Shown piece by piece: positions 15,001-28,900 of a stretch of DNA of 64,000 nt. Where the stretch lies: the NCBI GenBank assembly GCA_964016885.1, contig OZ024741.1, positions 411,060,001 to 411,124,000 on the forward strand. The letters run 5' to 3'. Source of the DNA: Eledone cirrhosa. Taxonomy: Eukaryota. The stretch's first letter is position 1. The number at the start of each line of letters is the position of its first letter. The notes under the pieces were generated by a model, which saw only the letters and a list, made by a program, of their open reading frames with translations, had not been told where the DNA came from and ran no database searches. Made by a program: the position numbers and the translations under genes.

Positions 15001-18000
15001 TGTTTAACCCTTCCATTACCATATTTCTAATGTAAGACACTGTCTATGTTGTTTAACCCTTCCATTACCATATTTCTAATGTAAGACACTGTCTATGTTT
15101 TTTAACCCTTTCACTACCATATTTCTAATGTAAGACACTGTCTATGTTGTTTAACCCTTTCATTACCATATTTCTAATGTAAGACACTGTCTATGTCGTT
15201 TAACCCTTTCATTACCATATTTCTAATGAAAGACACTGTCTATGTTGTTTAACCCTTTCATTACCATATTTCTAATGAAAGACACTGTCTATGTTGTTTA
15301 ACCCTTTCATTACCATATTTCTAATGAAAGACACTGTCTATGTTGTTTAACCCTTACATTACCATATTTCTAATGAAAGACACTGTCTATGTTCTTTAAC
15401 CCTTTCAATACCATATTTCTAATGAAAGACACTGTCTATGTTGTTTAACCCTTTCATTACCATATTTCTAATGTAAGACACTGTCTATGTTGTTTAACCC
15501 TTTCATTACCATATTTCTAATGAAAGACACTGTCTATGTTGTTTAACCGTTTCATTAACATATTTCTAATGTAAGACACTGTCTATGTTGTTTAACCCTT
15601 TCATTACCATATTTCTAATGAAAGACACTGTCTATGTTGTTTAACCCTTTCATTACCATATTTCTAACGTAAGACACTGTCTATGTTGTTTAACCCTTTC
15701 ATTACCATATTTCTAATGTAAGACACTGTCTATGTTGTTTAACCCTTCCATTAATATATTTCTAATGTAAGACACTGTCTATGTTGTTTAACCCTTTCAT
15801 TACCATATTTCTAATGTAAGACACTGTCTATGTTGTTTAACCCTTACATTACCATATTTCTAATGAAAGACACTGTCTATGTTGTTTAACCCGTTCAATA
15901 CCATATTTCTAATGAAAGACACTGTCTATGTTGTTAAACCCTTTCATTACTATATTTCTAATGTAAGACACTGTCTATGTTGTTTAACCCTTTCATTACC
16001 ATATTTCTAATGAAAGACACTGTCTATGTTGTTTAACCCTTTCAATACCATATTTCTAATGAAAGACACTGTCTATGTTGTTTAACCCTTTCAATACCAT
16101 ATTTCTAATGAAAGACACTGTCTATGTTGTTAAACCCTTTCATTACTATATTTCTAATGTAAGACACTGTCTATGTTGTTTAACCCTTTCATTACCATAT
16201 TTCTAATGTAAGACACTGTCTATGTTGTTTAAGCCTTCCATTACTATATTTCTAATGTAAGACACTGTCTATGTTGTTTAACCCTTTCATTACCATATTT
16301 CTAATGTAAGACACTGTCTATGTTGTTTAACCCTTACATTACCATATTTCTAATGAAAGACACTGTCTATGTTCTTTAACCCTTTCAATACCATATTTCT
16401 AATGAAAGACACTGTCTATGTTGTTTAACCCTTTCATTACCATATTTCTAATGTAAGACACTGTCTATGTTGTTTAACCCTTTCAATACCATATTTCTAA
16501 TGAAAGACACTGTCTATGTTGTTTAACCCTTTCATTACTATATTTCTAATGTAAGACACTGTCTATGTTGTTTAACCCTTACATTACCATATTTCTAATG
16601 AAAGACACTTTATATGTTCTTTAACCCTTTCAATACCATATTTCTAATGAAAGACACTGTCTATGTCGTTTAACCCTTTCATTACCATATTTCTAATGAA
16701 AGACACTGTCTATGTTGTTTAACCCTTTCATTACCATATTTCTAATGAAAGACACTGTCTATGTTGTTTAACCCTTTCATTACCATATTTCTAATGAAAG
16801 ACACTGTCTATGTTGTTTAACCCTTACATTACCATATTTCTAATGAAAGACACTGTCTATGTTCTTTAACCCTTTCAATACCATATTTCTAATGAAAGAC
16901 ACTGTCTATGTTGTTTAACCCTTTCATTACTATATTTCTAATGTAAGACACTGTCTATGTTGTTTAACCCTTACATTACCATATTTCTAATGAAAGACAC
17001 TGTCTATGTTGTTTAACCCTTTCATTACCATATTTCTAATGTAAGACACTGTCTATGTTGTTTAACCCTTTCATTACCATATTTCTAATGAAAGACACTG
17101 TCTATGTTGTTTAACCGTTTCATTAACATATTTCTAATGTAAGACACTGTCTATGTTGTTTAACCCTTTCATTACCATATTTCTAATGAAAGACACTGTC
17201 TATGTTGTTTAACCCTTTCATTACCATATTTCTAATGTAAGACACTGTCTATGTTGTTTAACCCTTTCATTACCATATTTCTAATGAAAGACACTGTCTA
17301 TGTTGTTTAACCCTTTCATTACCATATTTCTAATGTAAGACACTGTCTATGTTGTTTAACCCTTTCATTACCATATTTCTAATGAAAGACACTGTCTATG
17401 TTGTTTAACACTTTCATTACCATATTTCTAATGAAAGACACTGTCTATGTTGTTTAACCCTTCCATTAACATATTTCTAATGTAAGACACTGTCTATGTT
17501 GTTTAACCCTTCCATTACCATATTTCTAATGTAAGACACTGTCTATGTTGTTTAACCCTTTCATTACCATATTTCTAATGAAAGACACTGTCTATGTTGT
17601 TTAACCCTTCCATTACCATATTTCTAATGTAAGACACTGTCTATGTTGTTTAACCCTTTCATTACCATATTTCTAACGTAAGACACTGTCTATGTTGTTT
17701 AACCCTTTCATTACCATATTTCTAATGTAAGACACTGTCTATGTTGTTTAACCCTTTCATTAATATATTTCTAATGTAAGACACTGTCTATGTTGTTTAA
17801 CCCTTTCATTACCATATTTCTAATGTAAGACACTGTCTATGTTGTTTAACCCTTACATTACCATATTTCTAATGTAAGACACTGTCTATGTTGTTAAACC
17901 CTTTCATTACTATATTTCTAATGTAAGACACTGTCTATGTTGTTTAACCCTTTCATTACCATATTTCTAATGTAAGACACTGTCTATGTTGTTTAACCCT

Positions 18001-20694
18001 TTCATTACCATATTTCTAATGTAAGACACTGTCTATGTTGTTAAACCCTTTCATTACTATATTTCTAATGTAAGACACTGTCTATGTTGTTTAACCCTTT
18101 CATTACCATATTTCTAGTGAAAGACACTGTCTATGTTGTTTAACCCTTTCAATACCATATTTCTAATGAAAGACACTGTCTATGTTGTTTAACCCTTTCA
18201 ATACCATATTTCTAATGAAAGACACTGTTTATGTTGTTTAACCCTTTCATTACCATATTTCTCATGTAAGACACAGTCTATGTTGTTTAACCCTTTCATT
18301 ACCATATTTCTAATGAAAGACACTGTCTATGTTGTTTAACCGTTTCATTAACATATTTCTAATGTAAGACACTGTCTATGTTCTTTAACCCTTTCAATAC
18401 CATATTTCTAATGTAAGACACTGTCTATGTTGTTTAACCCTTTCATTACCATATTTCTAATGTAAGACACTGTCTATGTTGTTTAACCCTTTCATTACCA
18501 TATTTCTAATGTAAGACACTGTCTATGTTGTTTAACCCTTCCATTACCATATTTCTAATGTAAGACACTGTCTATGTTGTTTAACCCTTCCATTACCATA
18601 TTTCTAATGTAAGACACTGTCTATGTTGTTTAACCCTTTCATTACCATATTTCTAATGAAAGACACTGTCTATGTTGTTTAACCCTTCCATTACCATATT
18701 TCTAATGTAAGACACTGTCTATGTTGTTTAACCCTTCCATTACCATATTTCTAATGTAAGACACTGTCTATGTTGTTTAACCATTTCACTACCATATTTC
18801 TAATGTAAGACACTGTCTATGTTGTTTAACCCTTTCATTACCATATTTCTAATGTAAGACACTGTCTATGTTGTTTAACCCTTTCATTACCATATTTCTA
18901 ATGTAAGACACTGTCTATGTTGTTTAAGCCTTCCATTACTATATTTCTAATGTAAGACACTGTCTATGTTGTTTAACCCTTTCATTACCATATTTCTAAT
19001 GTAAGACACTGTCTATGTTGTTTAACCCTTACATTACCATATTTCTAATGAAAGACACTGTCTATGTTCTTTAACCCTTTCAATACCATATTTCTAATGA
19101 AAGACACTGTCTATGTTGTTTAACCCTTTCATTACCATATTTCTAATGTAAGACACTGTCTATGTTGTTTAACCCTTTCAATACCATATTTCTAATGAAA
19201 GACACTGTCTATGTTGTTTAACCCTTTCATTACTATATTTCTAATGTAAGACACTGTCTATGTTGTTTAACCCTTACATTACCATATTTCTAATGAAAGA
19301 CACTTTCTATGTTCTTTAACCCTTTCAATACCATATTTCTAATGAAAGACACTGTCTATGTCGTTTAACCCTTTCATTACCATATTTCTAATGAAAGACA
19401 CTGTCTATGTTGTTTAACCCTTTCATTACCATATTTCTAATGAAAGACACTGTCTATGTTGTTTAACCCTTTCATTACCATATTTCTAATGAAAGACACT
19501 GTCTATGTTGTTTAACCCTTACATTACCATATTTCTAATGAAAGACACTGTCTATGTTCTTTAACCCTTTCAATACCATATTTCTAATGAAAGACACTGT
19601 CTATGTTGTTTAACCCTTTCATTACCATATTTCTAATGAAAGACACTGTCTATGTTGTTTAACCCTTATATTACCATATTTCTAATGAAAGACACTGTCT
19701 ATGTTCTTTAACCCTTTCAATACCATATTTCTAATGAAAGACACTGTCTATGTTGTTTAACCCTTATATTACCATATTTCTAATGAAAGACACTGTCTAT
19801 GTTCTTTAACCCTTTCAATACCATATTTCTAATGAAAGACACTGTCTATGTTTTTTAACCCTTTCATCACCATATTTCTAATGTAAGACACTGTCTATGT
19901 TGTTTAACCCTTACATTACCATATTTCTAATGTAAGACAGTCTATGTTGTTTAACCCTTTCATTACCATATTACTTATGTAAGACACTGTCTATGTTGTT
20001 TAACCCTTTCATTACCATATTTCTAATGTAAGATACTGTCTATGTTGTTTAACCCTTTCATTACCATATTTCTAATGAAAGACACTGTCTATGTTGTTTA
20101 ACCCTTTCATTACCATATTTCTAATGTAAGACCCTCTCTATGTTGTTTAACTCTTTCATTACCATATTTCTAATGTAAGACACTGTCTATGTTGTTTAAC
20201 CCTTTCATTACCATATTTCTAATGAAAGACACTGTCTATGTTGTTTAACCCTTTCATTACCATATTTCTAATGAAAGACACTGTCTATGTTGTTTAACCC
20301 TTCCATTACCATATTTCTAATGAAAGACACTGTCTATGTTGTTTAACCCTTTCATTACCATATTTCTAATGAAAGACACTGTCTATGTTGTTTAACCCTT
20401 CCATTACCATATTTCTAATGAAAGACACTGTCTATGTTGTTTAACCCTTTCAATACCATATTTCTAATGAAAGACACTGTCTATGTTGTTTAACCCTTCC
20501 ATTACCATATTTCTAATGAAAGACACTGTCTATGTTGTTTAACCCTTTCATTACCATATTTCTAATGAAAGATACTGTCTATGTTGTTTAACCCTTCCAT
20601 TACCATATTTCTAATGAAAGACACTGTCTATGTTGTTTAACCCTTTCATTACCATATTTCTAATGAAAGACACTGTCTATGTTGTTTAACCCTT
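1..20694. repeat. 49-bp AT-rich satellite array (~420 copies, runs off the left edge) in the CDC23 intron downstream of exon 21014-20906
   Basis: Consensus ctgtctatgttgtttaaccctttcattaccatatttctaatg(t/a)aagaca repeats head-to-tail with period 49, with a few substitutions and rare 2-bp deletions (~3240, ~14893, ~19938). It ends at ...gtttaaccctt followed by unique sequence. Confidence 0.98.
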
Positions 20695-20905
20695 AAAGTA
20701 TCACAGTATCAAGCTTACCAAACTATAAAGAGGTTGCAACACAGGTTGTAGAGCTAGCCTAGGGCACTAAATACTCAGGTTCTGGCCCTTATTGTACCAG
20801 CTTTCCTAAAACTATTTGCCAATTCACCATTATCTCAAACAGTACAAACAGACAATTCTATTTATTCAAAGACTAAATAAATAAAGAAATAAGATTACAA
20901 CTGAC

Positions 20906-21014
20906 CGAAGTTGTTGTGCTTTCCAATAGTAATAGAGACTGTAATAATGCATCTTCATGATTTCGTATGTTTGACCAAGTCCATACCAAGCTCGGAAATC
21001 TCGACTATTTACTT
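20906..21014 (-). CDS. CDC23: CDC23/APC8 internal coding exon (109 bp): (E)[35 protein letters not shown](R)
   Basis: Translated by hand. Acceptor tttag, donor gtcagt. Phase 1 start matches the preceding exon. Matches recalled human CDC23 [37 protein letters not shown]. Confidence 0.95.
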
Positions 21015-21481
21015 CTAAACAATAGAAAATACACAAAAATATTAATATTTCTAAATAGTTTCAAATAAAATTATTACACACCAAAACTTTGGGATTAGGA
21101 CAATGAAATTTACAGCTGCCACTGTCGTTGGTTGAGCCGGCTTTCTGCAAGGTTGTATCTCATAGGAGGATTTATGGCTGTTTTCATGATAGAGGGTCCC
21201 AGTTCTATCATATTGTTGTTACACCTCAAACTTATATTGGTTTAGTGGACTCATATGAGGTTCTTATTATATAGGAGATTTCTCAGGTGTTTTAATGATA
21301 GGGACCCCAGTCCTATTATGTTGTTACAGCTCACACCTATGTAGGTTTAGCTAGCCACCAACAATTCAGTCCAACAACCTCATCCCTAGACCTATGTAAT
21401 AATATTTGTGTCAACTCATGTCAAGCAACTAAGGACAAGGACAGCGTGATAAGATGTTGCTTTGGTCAGATAGGGTCACAG

Positions 21482-21664
21482 GACTTGCTCAGCCACGTGT
21501 GAATGTGGAGAAGACTTGCTCAGCCACATGTGAATGTGGAGAAGCAAATCAGACTATGGAGCAGCATTGCTTTGTCTGTTCTCAGCAGCTAGGGCAGTCA
21601 AAACCTTCATTTGGTCAGATTGAAGGGTTACAGGACTTGCTGAGCCAGCTGTGAATGTAGAGAA
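21482..21664. repeat. Local 31-bp duplication gacttgctcagccac(g/a)tgtgaatgtggagaa (tandem at 21482 and 21513, diverged third copy at 21634)
   Basis: Read directly. The upstream tttggtcagat..ggg.tacag context is also duplicated. Confidence 0.8.
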
Positions 21665-21828
21665 ACCACCCAGAGACAAGATCTCTGCTACCCAAACCCC
21701 AAACCACATCACAGACTTCATAAGATATAAAAATCTGTGGACGATTGTTACATGACCATCATGCTTTCTTGGAAATAAGAATGTAAGAAATCATTTGGTG
21801 TCAGGAAGGGCATCAATCATGTTCCAGC

Positions 21829-22013
21829 AACTGGTACAGCAAGTCATTGGGGTGCCACTGGTGCAGTCAGTTGTTGGGGTGCCACTCTAGATGTGCCACT
21901 GGTACAGCCAGTCGTTGGGGTGCACACTAGATGTGGTGCCACTGGTACAGCCAGCTGTTGGGGTGCTACTCTAGATGTGTCACTGGTACAGCCAGTATTG
22001 GGGTGCCACTCTA
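21829..22013. repeat. Degenerate ~40-bp minisatellite (cactggtacagccagtcgttggggtgccactctagatgtg), about 4-5 units
   Basis: Recurring cactggtacagccag and ttggggtgccact motifs. Confidence 0.75.
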
Positions 22014-22039
22014 CAAGCTTTCGCAGTCAGTTGTCACCA

Positions 22040-22290
22040 CTGGTCTTTATTCACCGTCATGTGTAGAAGGGTTTCAGTGTTGTGACCAGTCCAGTCTTTT
22101 GATGGTGTCAGACCAGGATTTTCTTTGTCTCCCTCTTCTCCCTCCCCCGACTCTGCCCTGAAGGATGGTTTTGGAGAACGAGTTGTGCTGGGATATATGA
22201 CCATACCAGTCAAACTTCTGTCTTTTCCCCATTGCAAAGAGTCGTTCCTGTCTAGCAGAATATTTAACTTGTTGCCTGACAACGATATTT
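22040..22290 (-). mobile_element. Decayed 3' fragment of a non-LTR retrotransposon (RTE-like LINE, C-terminus of the RT ORF)
   Basis: Minus-strand translation KRQKFDWYGHISQHNSFSKTILQGRVGGGRRGRQRKSWSDTIK fits the W(F/Y)GH...K.IL.G.V.G.R.RGR.R..W.D.I motif found after the RT domain in RTE-type LINEs. Confidence 0.75.
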
Positions 22291-22314
22291 GTGTTCCATG
22301 TACAAGCCACTAGA

Positions 22315-22490
22315 TGGCATGACAGTCAAAAAGGGCATACAACTGAAATAAAACCACGCCAAAGTTCAAACGTAAGTGGGATATAGCTGGCTCCTGGAGG
22401 GTGTAGGAGGGCAGTAGCTCTAAGTACTGACTTGCTATGTTAACAACCCATCCAACCCAGCATACTGGTAGGGAACATTAACAATGTTGA
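22315..22490 (+). mobile_element. Degenerate copy of the SINE-like interspersed repeat (tail pointing right)
   Basis: aagggcatacaactg...aaaccacgccaaa...ccatccaacccagcatac...ggaacattaacaatg is colinear with the copy at 60630-60780 and the reverse complement of 22774-22935. Confidence 0.5.
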
Positions 22491-22495
22491 CTCAC

Positions 22496-22660
22496 CAATA
22501 GCCTGTCGATAGGCCTCAATAGCAGCAGTGATATTTTTCATCTCCATATATTCATGACCTATAAGGGTCCAGGCTGAGAGGTAATGTGGGTTCAGTTTGA
22601 GAGCCCTTTGGAAATATAACAGAGCCTTTTCATGCTGGGATCTGAGGGAATAATAATTGG
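22496..22660 (-). CDS. CDC23: CDC23/APC8 internal coding exon (165 bp): (A)[54 protein letters not shown]
   Basis: Acceptor ttttcag, donor gtgagt, phase 1/1. Closely matches recalled human [54 protein letters not shown] (TPR repeats). Confidence 0.97.
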
Positions 22661-22732
22661 CTGAAAATAGAACAAAAAAGATATTTAAATAACATATTTC
22701 ATGTGAAATTTATTTAACAAGAGATTTCCTGG

Positions 22733-22771
22733 TTAACCCTTTCAGTACTATATTTCTCATGAAAGACTGTC
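22733..22771 (+). repeat. Solitary diverged partial copy of the 49-bp satellite monomer (possible transposon terminus)
   Basis: ttaaccctttcagtactatatttctcatgaaagactgtc versus array ttaaccctttcattaccatatttctaatgaaagacactgtc. Confidence 0.8.
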
Positions 22772-22773
22772 GC

Positions 22774-22970
22774 CATCATCATCACCATTGAAAATCCATT
22801 TTCCATGCTAGCATGGGTTAAACGAGTTGTCCTGTTGTGAGAAATACTAGGTCAGGTGACCATATCTTTCTCATACAGAACTGTTTCTGGCTTAGTTTCT
22901 ACAGCTGGATGCCCTTCCTAGTGCCAACCATATTTAAAGTGTGGACTGGGTGTTTTTTGTCATGACACCT
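22774..22970 (-). mobile_element. SINE-like interspersed repeat copy ((CAT)n tail, ccatgctagcatgg palindrome, ttctacagctggatgcccttcct core) that runs directly into the 48-bp array
   Basis: Colinear with 61661-61920 and with the reverse complement of 60630-60780. SINE classification is inferred from the microsatellite tail and 3' stem-loop. Confidence 0.7.
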
Positions 22971-25900
22971 ACATAACCACTCTACAGTGTAGACTGGGTG
23001 TTTTTTGTCATAACATCTACATGACCACTCTACAGTGTAGACTGGGTGTTTTTTGTCATGACACCTACATGACCACTCTACAGTGTAGACTGGGTGTTTT
23101 TTGTCATGACATCTACATGACCACTCTACAGTGTAGACTGGGTGTTTTTTGTCATGACACCTACATGACCACTCTACAGTGTAGACTGGGTGTTTTTTGT
23201 CATGACATCTACATGACCACTCTACAGTGTAGACTGGGTGTTTTTTGTCATGACATCTACATGACCACTCTACAGTGTAGACTGGGTGTTTTTTGTCATG
23301 ACATCTACATGACCACTCTACAGTGTGGACTGGGTGTTTTTTGTCATGACATCTACATGACCACTCTACAGTGTGGACTGGGTGTTTTTTGTCATGACAT
23401 CTACATGACCACTCTACAGTGTGGACAGGGTGTTTTTTGTCATGACATCTACATGACCACTCTACAGTGTGGACTGGGTGTTTTTTGTCATGACATCTAC
23501 ATGACCACTCTACAGTGTGGACTGGGTGTTTTTTGTCATGACATCTACATGACCACTCTACAGTGTGGACTGGGTGTTTTTTGTCATGACATCTACATGA
23601 CCACTCTACAGTGTGGACTGAGTGTTTTTTGTCATGACATCTACATGACCACTCTACAGTGTGGACTGGGTGTTTTTTGTCATGACATCTACATGACCAC
23701 TCTACAGTGTGGTCAGGGTGTTTTTTGTCATGACATCTACATGACCACTCTACAGTGTGGACTGGGTGTTTTTTGTCATGACATCTACATGACCACTCTA
23801 CAGTGTGGACTGGGTGTTTTTTGTCATGACATCTGCATGACCACTCTACAGTGTGGACTGGGTGTTTTTTGTCATGACACCTACATGACCACTCTACAGT
23901 GTGGACTGGGTGTTTTTTGTCATGACATCTACATGACCACTCTACAGTGTGGACTGGGTGTTTTTTGTCATGACATCTACATGACCACTCTACAGTGTGG
24001 ACTGGGTGTTTCTTGTCATGACATCTACATGACCACTCTACAGTGTGGACTGGGTGTTTTTTGTCATGACATCTACATGACCATTCTACAGTGTGGACTG
24101 GGTGTTTTTTGTCATGACATCTACATGACCACTCTACAGTGTCTGGGTGTTTTTTGTCATGACACCTACATGACCACTCTACAGTGTGGACTGGGTGTTT
24201 TTTGTCATGACATCTACATGACCACTCTACAGTGTGGACTGGGTGTTTTTTGTCATGACATCTACATGACCACTCTACAGTGTGGACTGGGTGTTTTTTG
24301 TCATGACATCTACATGACCACTCTACAGTGTGGAGTGGGTGTTTTTTGTCATGACATCTACATGACCACTCTACAGTGTGGACTGGGTGTTTTTTGTCAT
24401 GACATCTACATGACCACTCTACAGTGTGGACTGGGTGTTTTTTGTCATGACATCTACATGACTACTCTACAGTGTGGACTGGGTGTTTTTTGTCATGACA
24501 TCTACATGACCACTCTACAGTGTGGACTGGGTGTTTTTTGTCATGACATCTACATGACCACTCTACAGTGTGGACTGGGTGTTTTTTGTCATGACATCTA
24601 CATGACCACTCTACAGTGTGGACTGGGTGTTTTTTGTCATGACATCTACATGACTACTCTACAGTGTGGACTGGGTGTTTTTTGTCATGACACCTACATG
24701 ACCACTCTACAGTGTGGACTGGGTGTTTTTTGTCATGACATCTACATGACCACTCTACAGTGTGGACTGGGTGTTTTTTGTCATGACATCTACATGACCA
24801 CTCTACAGTGTGGACTGGGTGTTTTTTGTCATGACATCTACATGACCACTCTACAGTGTGGACTGGGTGTTTTTTGTCATGACATCTACATGACCACTCT
24901 ACAGTGTGGACTGGGTGTTTTTTGTCCTGACATCTACATGACCACTCTACAGTGTGGACTGGGTGTTTTTTGTCATGACATCTACATGACCACTCTACAG
25001 TGTGGACTGGGTGTTTTTTGTCATGACATCTACATGACCACTCTACAGTGTGGACTGGGTGTTTTTTGTCCTGACATCTACATGACCACTCTACAGTGTG
25101 GACTGGGTGTTTTTTGTCCTGACATCTACATGACCACTCTACAGTGTGGACTGGGTGTTTTTTGTCATGACATCTACATGACCACTCTACAGTGTGGACT
25201 GGGTGTTTTTTGTCATGACATCTACATGACCACTCTACAGTGTGGACTGGGTGTTTTTTGTCATGACATCTACATGACCACTCTACAGTGTGGACTGGGT
25301 GTTTTTTGTCATGACATCTACATGACCACTCTACAGTGTGGACTGGGTGTTTTTTGTCATGACACCTACATGACCAATCTACAGTGTGGACTGGGTGTTT
25401 TTTGTCATGACATCTACATGACCACTCTACAGTGTGGACTGGGTGTTTTTTGTCATGACATCTACATGACCAGTCTACAGTGTGGACTGGGTGTTTTTTG
25501 TCATGACATCTACATGACCACTCTACAGTGTGGACTGGGTGTTTTTTGTCATGACATCTACATGACCACTCTACAGTGTGGACTGGGTGTTTTTTGTCAT
25601 GACATCTACATGACCACTCTACAGTGTGGACAGGGTGTTTTTTGTCATGACATCTACATGACCACTCTACAGTGTGGACTGGGTGTTTTCTGTCATGACA
25701 CCTACATGACCACTCTTGTGTGTGGACTGGGTGTTTTTTGTCATGACATCTACATGACCACTCTACAGTGTGGACTGGGTGTTTTTTGTCATGACATCTA
25801 CATGACCACTCTACAGTGTGGACTGGGTGTTTTTTGTCATGACATCTACATGACCACTCTACAGTGTGGACTGGGTTGTTTTTTGTCATAACATCTACAT

Positions 25901-28900
25901 GACCACTCTACAGTGTGGACTGGGTGTTTTTTGTCATGACATCTACATGACCACTCTACAGTGTGGACTGGGTGTTTTTTGTCATGACACCTACATGACC
26001 ACTCTACAGTGTGGACTGGGTGTTTTTTGTCATGACATCTACATGACCACTCTACAGTGTGGACTGAGTGTTTTTTGTCATGACATCTACATGACCACTC
26101 TACAGTGTGGACTGGGTGTTTTTTGTCATGACACCTACATGACCACTCTACAGTGTGGACTGGGTGTTTTTAGTCATGACATCTACATGACCACTCTACA
26201 GTGTGGACTGGGTGTTTTTTGTCATGACATCTACAGGACCACTCTACAGTGTGGACTGGGTGTTTTTTGTCATGACATCTACATGACCACTCTACAGTGT
26301 GGACAGGGTGTTTTTTGTCATGACATCTACATGACCACTCTACAGTGTGGACTGGGTGTTTTTTGTCATGACACCTACATGACCACTCTACAGTGTGGAC
26401 TGGGTGTTTTTTGTCATGACATCTACATGACCACTCTACAGTGTGGACTGGGTGTTTTTTGTCATGACATCTACATGACCACTCTACAGTGTGGACTGGG
26501 TGTTTTTTGTCATGACATCTACATGACCACTCTACAGTGTGGACAGGGTGTTTTTTGTCATGACATCTACATGACCACTCTACAGTGTGGACTGGGTGTT
26601 TTTTGTCATGACATCTACATGACCACTCTACAGTGTGGACTGGGTGTTTTTTGTCATGACATCTACATGACCACTCTACAGTGTGGACTGGGTGTTTTTT
26701 GTCATGACATCTACATGACCACTCTACAGTGTGGACTGGGTGTTTTTTGTCATGACATCTACATGACCACTCTACAGTGTGGACTGAGTGTTTTTTGTCA
26801 TGACATCTACATGACCACTCTACAGTGTGGACTGGGTGTTTTTTGTCATGACACCTACATGACCAATCTACAGTGTGGACTGGGTGTTTTTTGTCATGAC
26901 ATCTACATGACCACTCTACAGTGTAGACTGGGTGTTTTTTGTCATGACATCTACATGACCACTCTACAGTGTGGACTGGCTGTTTTTTGTAATGACATCT
27001 ACATGACCACTCTACAGTGTGGACTGGGTGTTTTTTGTCATGACATCTACATGACCACTCTACAGTGTGGACTGGGTGTTTTTTGTCATGACATCTACAT
27101 GACCACTCTACAGTGTGGACAGGGTGTTTTTTGTCATGACATCTACATGACCACTCTACAGTGTGGACTGGGTGTTTTTTGTCATGACACCTACATGACC
27201 ACTCTTGTGTGTGGACTGGGTGTTTTTTGTCATGACATCTACATGACCACTCTACAGTGTGGACTGGGTGTTTTTTGTCATGACATCTACATGACCACTC
27301 TACAGTGTGGACTGGGTGTTTTTTGTCATGACATCTACATGACCACTCTACAGTGTGGACTGGGTTGTTTTTTGTCATAACATCTACATGACCACTCTAC
27401 AGTGTGGACTGGGTGTTTTTTGTCATGACATCTACATGACCACTCTACAGTGTGGACTGGGTGTTTTTTGTCATGACACCTACATGACCACTCTACAGTG
27501 TGGACTGGGTTGTTTTTTGTCATAACATCTACATGACCACTCTACAGTGTGGACTGGGTGTTTTTTGTCATGACATCTACATGACCACTCTACAGTGTGG
27601 ACTGAGTGTTTTTGGTCATGACATCTACATGACCACTCTACAGTGTGGACTGGGTGTTTTTTGTCATGACACCTACATGACCACTCTACAGTGTGGACTG
27701 GGTGTTTTTTGTCATGACATCTACATGACCACTCTACAGTGTGGACTGGGTGTTTTTTGTCATGACATCTACATGACCACTCTACAGTGTGGACTGGGTG
27801 TTTTTTGTCATGACATCGACATGACCACTCTACAGTGTGGACAGGGTGTTTTTTGTCATGACATCTACATGACCACTCTACAGTGTGGACTGGGTGTTTT
27901 TTGTCATGACACCTACATGACCACTCTACAGTGTGGACTGGGTGTTTTTTGTCATGACATCTACATGACCACTCTACAGTGTGGACTGGGTGTTTTTTGT
28001 CATGACATCTACATGACCACTCTACAGTGTGGACTGGGTGTTTTTTGTCATGACATCTACATGACCACTCTACAGTGTGGACAGGGTGTTTTTTGTCATG
28101 ACATCTACATGACCACTCTACAGTGTGGACTGGGTGTTTTTTGTCATGACATCTACATGACCACTCTACAGTGTGGACTGGGTGTTTTTTGTCATGACAT
28201 CTACATGACCACTCTACAGTGTGGACTGGGTGTTTTTTGTCATGACATCTACATGACCACTCTACAGTGTGGACTGGGTGTTTTTTGTCATGACATCTAC
28301 ATGACCACTCTACAGTGTGGACTGAGTGTTTTTTGTCATGACATCTACATGACCACTCTACAGTGTGGACTGGGTGTTTTTTGTCATGACACCTACATGA
28401 CCAATCTACAGTGTGGACTGGGTGTTTTTTGTCATGACATCTACATGACCACTCTATAGTGTGGACTGGGTGTTTTTTGTCATGACATCTACATGACCAC
28501 TCTACAGTGTGGACTGGGTGTTTTTTGTCATGACACCTACATGACCAATCTACAGTGTGGACTGGGTGTTTTTTGTCATGACATCTACATGACCACTCTA
28601 CAGTGTGGACTGGGTGTTTTTTGTCATGACATCTACATGACCACTCTACAGTGTGGACTGGGTGTTTTTTGTCATGACATCTACATGACCACTCTACAGT
28701 GTGGACTGGGTGTTTTTTGTCATGACATCTACATGACCACTCTACAGTGTGGACAGGGTGTTTTTTGTCATGACATCTACATGACCACTCTACAGTGTGG
28801 ACTGGGTGTTTTTTGTCATGACACCTACATGACCACTCTACAGTGTGGACTGGGTGTTTTTTGTCATGACATCTACATGACCACTCTACAGTGTAGACTG

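Noticed and set aside
21454-22313. Short ORFs on the island as independent genes
   Set aside because: They are explained by local duplications and the decayed LINE fragment. No coherent product is evident.
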